Source: an uncultured bacterium (GTDB taxonomy: Bacteria; Krumholzibacteriota; Krumholzibacteriia; Krumholzibacteriales; Krumholzibacteriaceae). From it: a stretch of DNA of 64,000 bases. Shown here in pieces: positions 28,623-37,614 of this stretch. Position numbers and translations under genes: made by a program. The notes beneath the pieces were generated by a model. The model had not been told where the DNA came from and ran no database searches. It worked only from the letters and a program-made list of their open reading frames with translations. The first letter of the stretch is position 1. The number at the start of each line of letters is the position of its first letter. Where the stretch lies: positions 96,001 to 160,000 of the forward strand of contig CAWBAN010000002.1 of the NCBI GenBank assembly GCA_963786935.1, in the 5' to 3' direction.

Positions 28623-29351
28623 ATGAACGGGCATTCCGTCGTCGTGAAAGATCTCGTGAAACGCTTCGGCGAATTCACCGCCGTCGATCGGGTCTCGTTC
28701 GAGGTCCGCGCGGGCGAGATCTTCGGGCTCCTCGGCGCGAACGGCGCGGGGAAAACGACGACGATCCGCATGCTCGCGGGGCTCCTGCGCCCGACGTCGG
28801 GAGGCGGCACGGTCGACGGCTGGGACGTCAACGCGCAGTACGAGCGCATCAAGAGAAGCATCGGCTACATGTCGCAGCGGTTCTCCCTTTACAACGATCT
28901 GACGGTGAAGGAGAACCTCGATTTCTTCGGAGGTGTCTACGGCCTGAGCCGCGCGCGCATCGGCGAGCGGACGGCGGAGCTGAACGCCGATCTCGGGCTC
29001 GCCGAATGGCTCGGCCGGCGCACGGGCTCGCTCCCGCTCGGATTCAAGCAGCGGCTCGCGCTCGGCGCGGCCATTCTCCACAAGCCGGCGATCGTCTTCC
29101 TCGACGAGCCGACCTCGGGTGTCGATCCGATCGCTCGGCGCCATTTCTGGGAGATCATCAACTCGCTCGCCACCGGCGGCGTGACGATCATCGTGACCAC
29201 GCACTATATGGACGAGGCGGAGTACTGCAACCGGCTCTGCATCATGCACGCGGCGAAGATCGTGAGCCTCGGTTCGCCGGCGGAGCTGAAATCGCGGCAC
29301 GGCACGCACTCGATCGAGGACGTGTTCGTGCAGCTCGTGAGGGGCGCATGA
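28623..29351 (+). CDS. ABC transporter ATP-binding protein (YbhF C-half-like)
   Basis: Start MNGHSVVV; GANGAGKTT, LPLGFKQRL, LDEPTSGVDP, THYMDEAE. Confidence 0.93.
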   Translation: MNGHSVVVKDLVKRFGEFTAVDRVSFEVRAGEIFGLLGANGAGKTTTIRMLAGLLRPTSGGGTVDGWDVNAQYERIKRSIGYMSQRFSLYNDLTVKENLDFFGGVYGLSRARIGERTAELNADLGLAEWLGRRTGSLPLGFKQRLALGAAILHKPAIVFLDEPTSGVDPIARRHFWEIINSLATGGVTIIVTTHYMDEAEYCNRLCIMHAAKIVSLGSPAELKSRHGTHSIEDVFVQLVRGA

Positions 29352-30460
29352 AGGCGACGCGCATACAGGCGCTCGCGCGCAAGGAGCTCAGGCACATCCT
29401 GCGCGATCCGCGATCGCTCTGGATCATCTTCATGCTTCCGAACGTGATGATGTTCCTCTTCGGCTACGCGATCAACCTCGACCTCCGGAACGTCCCCCTC
29501 GGCGTCTGCGACCTGAGCCGCACGCCGCAGAGCCGCGCGCTCGTCGAGGCGATCGACGCGTCGACCTATTTCTCCGTCGCCGAGCGCTTCGAGGATCCCG
29601 CCGAGGCGGGGCGTTTCTTCGAGCGGCGGACGATCCGCGCCGCGGTGATCGTGCCGCGCGATTTCGCGCGCGCGCTCGAGCGCGAGGTACGCGCCACGCT
29701 CGGCGTCGTGATCGACGGGAGCGACGCGAACAGCGCATCGATCGTGCAGAACTACCTCGAGGCGTTCATCGCGGCGCGGGCGGTGGGCGGCGCGCCGCTC
29801 ATCGCCGCGCGGCCGGTCGTGTTGTACAACCGCGCGCTCGATTCGACGAACTTCATCGTGCCGGGGATCGTCGCGATCGTCATGATGATGCTCGGCGCGC
29901 TCCTCACGTCCGTCACCATAGCCCGCGAGAAGGAGTCGGGGACGATGGAGCAGATCCTCGTGAGCCCGATCCGCCCCTTCGAGGTGATCGCGGGGAAGAC
30001 GCTCCCGTATCTCGTGCTCGCCTTCTCGATCGCTATGATGATCGTCGCGGTGGGGCACTTCTGGTTCGGCGTGCCGTTCACGGGCTCGCCGGCGTCCCTC
30101 GTGCTCTACTCGCTGCTCTACCTCTTCACGGCGCTCGCGCTCGGCATCCTCATCTCGACGCTCGTTTCGACGCAGCAGGTCGCCATGATGATCTCGCTCA
30201 TGGTGACGCTGCTCCCGAGCATCATGCTCTCCGGATTCATCTTTCCCGTCGCCTCGATACCGCGCGCGCTCCAGTTCATTTCGTATGCCCTGCCGGCCAC
30301 GCACTTCCTCGTCATCGTGCGGGGGATCATGCTCAAGGGCAACACGCTCACGGATCTCTGGCCGCACGTGGCGGCCCTCGGCGCCCTCGGCTTCGTGCTC
30401 ACGGTCCTCGCCGTGAAGCGGTTCAGCCTGAAGCTCGGCGCGAAGGGGGGTGCGGCGTGA
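29348..30460 (+). CDS. ABC-2 type permease (YbhS-like)
   Basis: MKATRIQALARKELRHILRD, FIVPGI, REKESGTMEQ, multiple TM helices. Confidence 0.92.
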   Translation: MKATRIQALARKELRHILRDPRSLWIIFMLPNVMMFLFGYAINLDLRNVPLGVCDLSRTPQSRALVEAIDASTYFSVAERFEDPAEAGRFFERRTIRAAVIVPRDFARALEREVRATLGVVIDGSDANSASIVQNYLEAFIAARAVGGAPLIAARPVVLYNRALDSTNFIVPGIVAIVMMMLGALLTSVTIAREKESGTMEQILVSPIRPFEVIAGKTLPYLVLAFSIAMMIVAVGHFWFGVPFTGSPASLVLYSLLYLFTALALGILISTLVSTQQVAMMISLMVTLLPSIMLSGFIFPVASIPRALQFISYALPATHFLVIVRGIMLKGNTLTDLWPHVAALGALGFVLTVLAVKRFSLKLGAKGGAA

Positions 30461-31620
30461 ACGGCGTCATCCATCTCGTGCGCAAGGAGCTGCGGCAGAT
30501 CTTCCGCGACCGGCTCATGCTGCGCGTCATCTTTCTCATGCCGCTCATGCAGCTCTTCATCCTCGGATACGCGGTGACCTTCGACGTGAAGAACCTCGAC
30601 GTGCTCGTGATCGACCGCGACGGCACGGGCGCGAGCCGGGGGCTCGTCGACCGCTTCGAGCACAACGAGCATTTCGTCGTGAAGCGGATCGGGGATCCGG
30701 GCGCCGGGATCGAGGGGTATCTGCGCCGCGGCGAGGCCGTGATCGCGATCGTCATCCCGAGGGACTTCGGGCGGAGCCTCGAGACGGGGCGGCCGACCGA
30801 GATCGAGATCCTCCTCGACGGGTCGAACTCGAACACGGCCGGCATCGCGCTCGGCTACTGCAACCGGATCATCTACCGGTTCGCGGCGGACCGCGCCGCC
30901 GAGGGGCTCGCCCGCGCGCCGGGGGCGGGTCATGCGGCGGGGGCCGGGGGCGCGCCGGGGATCGCGCGCGCCGCGCGCTTCATCGAGCCCGAGACGCGCA
31001 TCTGGTACAACCCCGAGCTCAAGAGCGTCTATTTCATGATCCCGGGGATCATCGCGATTCTCCTCACGATCATCACGATGCTCCTCACGGGGCTCGCCAT
31101 CGTGAAGGAGCGCGAGACGGGAACGCTCGAGCAGCTGCTCGTCACGCCGCTCAAACCGTGGCAGATCATCGCGGGGAAGACGATTCCGTTCGCGATGCTC
31201 GGAATGGCCGAAATGGCGATCGCGACGACGGTGGGAGTGCTCTGGTTCGGCATCCCGATCGCGGGGAACGTGGCGCTCCTCGCGCTCCTCGGATTCACCT
31301 TCATCATCGCGACGCTCGGCCTCGGCGTCCTCATCTCGACCATCGCGGGCACGCAGCAGCAGGCGCTCTTCGTCACGTGGTTCTTCCTCCAGATATTCAT
31401 CATGCTCAGCGGGCTCTTCTACCCGATCGAGAACATGCCGCGCGCCGTGCAGACGATCACCGCGATCAACCCGCTCCGCTACTTCATCGCGATCAACCGC
31501 GAGATCTTCCTCAAGGGGGGCGGGCTCGATGTTCTCTGGCCCGAGCTGCGGTCGCTGCTTATAATAGGGGTGTGCGTGTTCGGGTTCGCGACGTTAAGGT
31601 TCCATAAGAGGGCGGGGTAA
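30457..31620 (+). CDS. ABC-2 type permease (YbhR-like)
   Basis: KELRQIFRD, WYNPEL, KERETGTLEQLLVTP, LSGLFYPIENMP. Confidence 0.92.
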   Translation: MNGVIHLVRKELRQIFRDRLMLRVIFLMPLMQLFILGYAVTFDVKNLDVLVIDRDGTGASRGLVDRFEHNEHFVVKRIGDPGAGIEGYLRRGEAVIAIVIPRDFGRSLETGRPTEIEILLDGSNSNTAGIALGYCNRIIYRFAADRAAEGLARAPGAGHAAGAGGAPGIARAARFIEPETRIWYNPELKSVYFMIPGIIAILLTIITMLLTGLAIVKERETGTLEQLLVTPLKPWQIIAGKTIPFAMLGMAEMAIATTVGVLWFGIPIAGNVALLALLGFTFIIATLGLGVLISTIAGTQQQALFVTWFFLQIFIMLSGLFYPIENMPRAVQTITAINPLRYFIAINREIFLKGGGLDVLWPELRSLLIIGVCVFGFATLRFHKRAG

Positions 31621-32499
31621 ATGCATCGGAGGTGTGCCGTGCACGCGCTCGGGCTTGTTTTCTGCTTGATGGCAGCTGTTCTCGGCGGCGCAAGCGCTCC
31701 GACGGACGCCTCCTGGCGGACGCTCGCGCCCGGATTGGATATCGGAATCTTCGCGGCGACCGGGTCACCCGGGAGCGCATCGGGCGGCAGCGGCACGGGG
31801 CGGATCACGGTGCTGCGCATCGATCCGGCCCGATGGGATCTGGAGTTCGCGGGGTTGAGCCAGGAGAAGGAAACGGCCGTCGGGCGCACCGCCAGGCAGT
31901 GGTCCAAGGAGCGTAAGTTCACGGCCGCCATCAACGCCGGCATGTTCGATCGCGATTACCGGACCCACATCGGGTACCTGCGGCACGGGAATCACGCGCA
32001 CAACGAACGGGTCGTGAAGAAATACGAATCGGCGGCGGCCTTCGGCCCGACGGCGAAGAAAAACGCCCCGCGCTTCCGCATTTTCGATCTGGACGAGCCG
32101 GGCGTGACGATAGAATCGATCCGACGCGACTATTCCCTCATCGTCCAGAATCTCAGGCTCATCAAGCGCCCCGGGCAGAATCGCTGGGAGCAGCAGCAGA
32201 AGCGCTGGAGCGAGGCGGCGCTGGGGGAGGACGCCGAGGGCCGGATTCTCTTCATCTTCGCGCGCGCGCCGTTTTCCATGCACGACCTGAACCGGGAGCT
32301 GCTCGCGGCGGGAATCGGAGTGGTGGCCGCGCAGCATCTCGAGGGGGGCCCCGAGGCGCAGCTCTACATCCGCGTCGGCAAGGAAGAGATCGAGATGTTC
32401 GGGAGCTTCGAGACCGATTACGAGGAAGACGACGACAACAACCGCGCGTGGCCGGTCCCGAATGTTCTTGGAATCAAACCGCGCGCGAATCCCAAATAA
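31621..32499 (+). CDS. Phosphodiester glycosidase (NAGPA-like) family secreted protein
   Basis: Signal peptide; AAINAGMF and HLEGGPEAQL resemble the NAGPA AING and NLDGGGS motifs. Confidence 0.7.
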   Translation: MHRRCAVHALGLVFCLMAAVLGGASAPTDASWRTLAPGLDIGIFAATGSPGSASGGSGTGRITVLRIDPARWDLEFAGLSQEKETAVGRTARQWSKERKFTAAINAGMFDRDYRTHIGYLRHGNHAHNERVVKKYESAAAFGPTAKKNAPRFRIFDLDEPGVTIESIRRDYSLIVQNLRLIKRPGQNRWEQQQKRWSEAALGEDAEGRILFIFARAPFSMHDLNRELLAAGIGVVAAQHLEGGPEAQLYIRVGKEEIEMFGSFETDYEEDDDNNRAWPVPNVLGIKPRANPK

Positions 32500-32671
32500 A
32501 GCGCACAGGAATCGCATTTCCCCTCGGCGGCGCCGGCATCGCAAGCCCCGTATCTGCCATTATGCATTTGCAGCACCCCGCCCGAATCGCAATATTTAGA
32601 ATAAGATAGGGCCGGGCAGGAATCGTCTCCGGCTGAATCTCCACACGATTGCATGGGGGGCTCGGGGCGGA

Positions 32672-35172
32672 ATGCGGCGCACTTTCTCGCAAGCCGAATC
32701 GATTTCTATCTCCCTCGCGCTCGCGGCGGCGGCGCTCGCCGCCGGCGCATCTCCCCCGCCCGCTCCGAAGACCGCGCCGCCGCCCTCGCCGCAAAATTCG
32801 ACGCGCCGAAAAGAACGATCGTCATGGACGGGAGCTGCGTCCAGTACGCGGGCAATCTCCAGATGAACGTGACGAACTTCGGCTTCCTCGGCTCGATGCC
32901 GGCGAGCCGGCTCCCGATGTCCGATTCGCCGTCCGCGCAGTGGCCCGCGGGGAGCGGGACCGAGTATCTCTACGCCGCCGGGCTCTGGATCGGCGCGGAG
33001 CGCTCCGGCGTTCCGTCCGTATCGACCGGCTATCCCGAAAACGAATTCTACCCGCCGGACGATCCGGTGGACGTCATTTATCGGACGTCCGAGGGAGCGG
33101 CGGGGGGCGGCAACTACCCCGGCCTCGCGGACGACGACGGGGACGGCCGCGTGAACGAGGACCGGCTGAACGGGCGCGACGACGACGGCGACGGCCGCGT
33201 CGACGAGGACTTCGCCGCGGTCGGCAATCTCATGTACTCGTGCTGGTACGCGGACGACGACGAGACGGCGAAAGAAGTCTGGCCCGAGCACGTGCCGCTC
33301 GGGCTCGAGGTGAGGCAGGAGACCTTCCAGTGGAGCGAGAAGCAGCTCGACGATTTCGTCGGCGTCCATTACAGCGTCGTAAACGCCGGCGACGACTTCC
33401 TCGACAACATCTATGCCGGCATCTACGCCGATCTCGACGCCGGCCCGCGGAACGTCAGCAACTATTTCCGGGACGACATGATCGGCACGTGGGATGGCGT
33501 CTGGTGCGCGCGGATCGGGGAGGCCTCGATCCCGGTGCGTTTCACCGTCGTGTACGCGCACGACGGCGACGGGGACGGCGGACGGACGCCGGGCTGGTTC
33601 GGGCTCGTGCTCCTCGGCTGCTGGACGCAGACGATCGGAGATCCGGCGCGCGTGGAAGGGGGGATCCACGGCGTGCAAATATTCACGGGGTTGCTCCCCT
33701 ACGAACACGGGGGAGAACCGGTGAACGACTTCGAGCGATACTCGTCGCTCTCGAGCGCGACGAGGGATTCGAACACGGTCACCCCGAACGATTACAAGGC
33801 GCTCGTGAGCCTCGGTCCCTTCACGCAGCTCGCGCCGGGCGCCTCCATCGAGATTCACGCGGCGTACGTGTGCGGCGAAGGGCTCGCGGGAATGCTCGAC
33901 AACGCGGCGATGGCCGCGTACGCCTTTCGCGGCGTGTGGCACAACGTCGACCGGCGGCTCGATACGGGGATGTTCGGACGGGAGACGCCGGTTGCCGGCC
34001 CCGCGGACGGGATCGACCCCGACGCCTGCGACGGGATCGAGGAGAGCTACCGCCTCCGGCGCGGGGACACGCTCTGGACGAACGCCGACTGCGCGGAGGA
34101 GAACGAGTTCTACGAATATACCGGCTGCTACCGCGGGGATCTGACGTTCAAGGACTACCAGACCGGCGTCGACGGCAAGGAAACGCAGATTCACTGGGTG
34201 ACGAGCACCGCCTCTCCGCCGCCGGCGATGCGGGCGATCGCGGGGGACGCGAAGGTGACGCTCTTCTGGGACAACCTGAGCGAGATCACGCGCGATCCGG
34301 TCACGCTCGCCTACGACTTCGAGGGATACCAGATCTGGCGGGCCGACGATTGGCACCGCCCGCTCGGGACGACCGCGGCGAGCGGGCCGAGCGCCGACCT
34401 GTGGCATCTCGTCCAGAGCCGCGATCTCGTCAACGGGCTTCCCCCCGACGAGGATTTCGAGAGGCCTTTCGCCGAAGGGGGCTTCGGCTACGAGCCGCTC
34501 GCGAGCCTCGGCGCCGAACGCGAGGAGCTCATCGCCGAGTTCGAGGAGCATCTGAAATCGGACCCGCTCGAGTCGCCGCCGTGCCCGTCGAACCTCACGG
34601 AAGCGGAGTGCGACACGATCGAGGCGCTGGCGCGCCGGAACCTCGGGATCGAGGGAGGGCGGCGGTATTACACGTTCGTGGACACGGGCCCGAAGAACGG
34701 GATGCCCTATTTCTATTCGGTAGTGGCGTATGACCATCTCCTCCTCAACGGCGAACCGGCCGCGCTCGGCGTGCGCGACACGCCCATCTCGAACTTCGTC
34801 TTCGTCGAGCCGCAGTCGCCGGCGCAGACCGCGGGGAGCTTCGAGCCGGAGGAAATCTACGTCGTGCCGAATCCCGTCACGAGCGCGCGCACGGCGCCGT
34901 GGACGCTCGAGCCGAACAACGCCGATCCGAGCGGCGAGAAGCTCGAGTTCCGCAATCTGCCGAAGTGCCGGAGCACCGTGCGGATCTACACCGTCTCGGG
35001 GGATCTGGTGCAGACGCTGTACCACGACGGCACCGGCGGGAACGGCACCCTCCCGTGGAACATGGTGTCGAGGAACGGGCAGAGCGTCGCGAGCGGCGTG
35101 TTTCTCTTCAGCGTCGAGCCGGAGGACGGACGGTTCGAGCGCGCGATAGGCAAGTTCGTCGTGATTCGGTGA
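32672..35172 (+). CDS. Large secreted protein A1 (Ca-binding DDDGDG loops, Fn3-like domain, T9SS/FlgD-like CTD); apparent frameshift after the signal peptide
   Basis: Signal peptide MRRTFSQAESISISLALAAAALAAGA lies in the 32672 frame, the body in the 32653 frame. One extra C in the C5 run at 32753-32757 joins them. Paralog of 37615..40116. Confidence 0.75.
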
Positions 35173-35204
35173 GGGCCGGGGTAATGACGAAGGCCGGAGA
35201 ATAC

Positions 35205-37469
35205 ATGAGAATGCGGCGCGGCAGATCGCCGATTCTCGCCGTCGGTGCGGCGATCGGCGCCGCCGTGACGATGCTCGCCGCCGCGTCGCTCATGCTGGCC
35301 GGCTGCTCGGAGAACGTCTTCATCGGCGCCGACGGCGCGAACGCGCCGCCGACGATCCGGCTCGTGAACGGCCCCGTCGAGCAGGACACCGTCGGCTACA
35401 AGGTCGAGCTGAGCTGGCTCGGGGAGGACCGCGACGGCAGGGTCGAGCGGTACGAGTTCGTCATCGCCGAGGGGGATCCGCTCGGCTTCAACCGCGAGGA
35501 CACGTGCGGGATCCACCGCTGGACCACAACCGCCCGCACCGACAGCGTCTTCAAGCTCCTCGCCGACCATTACGACACGACGGTGACGATCGGCGCGAGC
35601 ACCTACTCGCGATACGAACGGACCCACACGTTCTTCGTGCGCGCCGTCGACGACCGCGGCGACCGCTCCGAGCCCGCGTACCGCTCCTTCACGACGTGGA
35701 CGCTCGCCCCGGGGGTCGCGATCGATTTTCCGCCGAACGCGTTTCCGGGGCACGCGCAGATGCTGCCCCCGATCATCCTGTTCCGCTGGCAGGGAGTCGA
35801 TCCCCGGGACGATCCGTGGCACGTCGCGCAGGTCGACTCGGTGCGGCACCTCCTCACCGTCTGGACCGACAGCACGCTGCAGCTCATGAACGAGCATCCC
35901 GCTCGTTTCGAGCGGCTCTGGACGCGCTGGATCGCGACGGACGCGCCCGGGGATTCGGGAACGTCGACGGTCGTCGGGGACGACGAGATGCTCGACCTGA
36001 GCAAGCGCTACCTGTTCGCCGTGCAGGCGAAGGACGAGGCGGGCGCCGTCACGTCCATCTTCGACATGCGGTCGAACGTCCGCGTCTTCGGGCTCATGCG
36101 GGTCGTCGGGCCGGAGCTCACGGTGCGGGAGACGTATCTCGGCGTGAACAAGTTCCTCGGCGTCAAGAACCGGCCGCAGGCCTTCTCGCTTCCCGCCGAG
36201 TTCGCGTTTCACTTCACCTGGAGCGCCGACGCGTCGAGCTACGGCGGCGTCATCAGCGGCTACCGGTACGGATGGGACGTCGGGGACCTCTCCAATCCGA
36301 ACGAATGGGAGGTGCTGCCGAGCCCCTACATTTTGGGTGCCCCGCCGCGGAGCTTCAGCTCGGGCGTCCACACGCTCTTCATCGAGGCGATCGACAACAA
36401 CGGCTACTCGACGCTGGCGCAGATCGAGATCACCGCGTTCCCGATCGACATGAGCAGGAACCTGCTCTGGGTCGACGATTTCTACTCGACCGATTTTCCC
36501 CAGCTCGACTACTCCTTCCCGACGGAGACGGAGCACGATCAGTTCTGGCTCCGGATCTGCGCCCGAGCGCGGGATTTCAAATCGGACCGGGACGTTTTCG
36601 ACACGAGGAACAGCGGTTTTCTCCCCCCGCGCCCCGAGATCCTCTGGAAATACAAGAACGTCGTCTGGACCTATTCGTCCGATCCCCGGACCATGGGGTG
36701 GGACAACGCGATCCGGTTCACGCCGGAGAGCTACATCGCCACGCAGGGGCATTCGGAATTCAATTTCCTCGCGTACTACATGGCCTCCGGGGGCCACCTC
36801 TGGACCGTCGGACGATCCGACCGGCTCGGGGGGCTCGGCGCCGTGCTCACCGAAAACGCGCAGCGATTCCCCCTGGACCTGCGCTGCGAGATCACGGGCC
36901 CCCAGTACGGCTGCGGTCCGGATACGAGCGGCGTCGAGTGCATGGTGTACCGGGATTACTGCGTGTCGGTGCTCGACAAGGCGATCGCCGTGCCGCGCAC
37001 CGCCTGGTGGTGGCTGATGCCGGAGAGGCGCGTGGAATGGGACGCGATGAGCTACGGGTACCTCGACGGGATCGATCCGCTCACGGCGGCGCATCCGGGC
37101 CTGCCCCGCAAGCTGCAGCTCTGGTCGACGGTGACGAAGCCGGGCAATTTCTTCGATCCGCAGGTCCGCGGATTCACCTTCGTCGAGGTGTACAACCCCG
37201 AATACTGGATGAGCCTCATGTGGCTCGAAGCGCAATCCTGCTTCCATCCGATGTATCGCATGAAGGCGCGCAACAGCGTCTCGGCCGTCGACGAGACGGT
37301 TATCGCTTTCTGGACGACGAAACACGCCGACGTCGTGGCGCCCGCGCCCGGCGCCGTCGCCGCCCCGAGCGTGCACTTCGGCCTGCCCCTCTGGTTCTTC
37401 AACCGGGCGCAGGTCGATAGCATCGCGGACGTCGTGTTCGGCGAATGGCGGATACGGACCGATCAATGA
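35205..37469 (+). CDS. Large lipoprotein B1 (Ig/Fn3-like repeats plus alpha/beta C-terminal domain)
   Basis: GGAGA RBS, lipobox LAGC, repeated HTFFVRAVDD / YLFAVQAKDE / HTLFIEAIDN strands. Paralog of 40113..42344. Confidence 0.8.
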   Translation: MRMRRGRSPILAVGAAIGAAVTMLAAASLMLAGCSENVFIGADGANAPPTIRLVNGPVEQDTVGYKVELSWLGEDRDGRVERYEFVIAEGDPLGFNREDTCGIHRWTTTARTDSVFKLLADHYDTTVTIGASTYSRYERTHTFFVRAVDDRGDRSEPAYRSFTTWTLAPGVAIDFPPNAFPGHAQMLPPIILFRWQGVDPRDDPWHVAQVDSVRHLLTVWTDSTLQLMNEHPARFERLWTRWIATDAPGDSGTSTVVGDDEMLDLSKRYLFAVQAKDEAGAVTSIFDMRSNVRVFGLMRVVGPELTVRETYLGVNKFLGVKNRPQAFSLPAEFAFHFTWSADASSYGGVISGYRYGWDVGDLSNPNEWEVLPSPYILGAPPRSFSSGVHTLFIEAIDNNGYSTLAQIEITAFPIDMSRNLLWVDDFYSTDFPQLDYSFPTETEHDQFWLRICARARDFKSDRDVFDTRNSGFLPPRPEILWKYKNVVWTYSSDPRTMGWDNAIRFTPESYIATQGHSEFNFLAYYMASGGHLWTVGRSDRLGGLGAVLTENAQRFPLDLRCEITGPQYGCGPDTSGVECMVYRDYCVSVLDKAIAVPRTAWWWLMPERRVEWDAMSYGYLDGIDPLTAAHPGLPRKLQLWSTVTKPGNFFDPQVRGFTFVEVYNPEYWMSLMWLEAQSCFHPMYRMKARNSVSAVDETVIAFWTTKHADVVAPAPGAVAAPSVHFGLPLWFFNRAQVDSIADVVFGEWRIRTDQ

Positions 37470-37523
37470 CACGCCTCGCCGCCCCCCGGGTGCGCGAGGG
37501 ATTTCCACAGACAGTAAAGGAAC

Positions 37524-37552
37524 TTTACCCGCGAAATGTCATATAATATATT
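37524..37552 (+). promoter_or_regulatory. Putative sigma70 promoter of the second module copy
   Basis: TTTACC-N17-TATATT (overlapping TATAAT), then GGGAGGT RBS before GTG at 37615. Confidence 0.5.
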
Positions 37553-37614
37553 GAGGTAGCGCACACGTGCGCACTTCCGGGTATTTTCGGGGGGGGGCGC
37601 CAGGGAGGTAGTTT

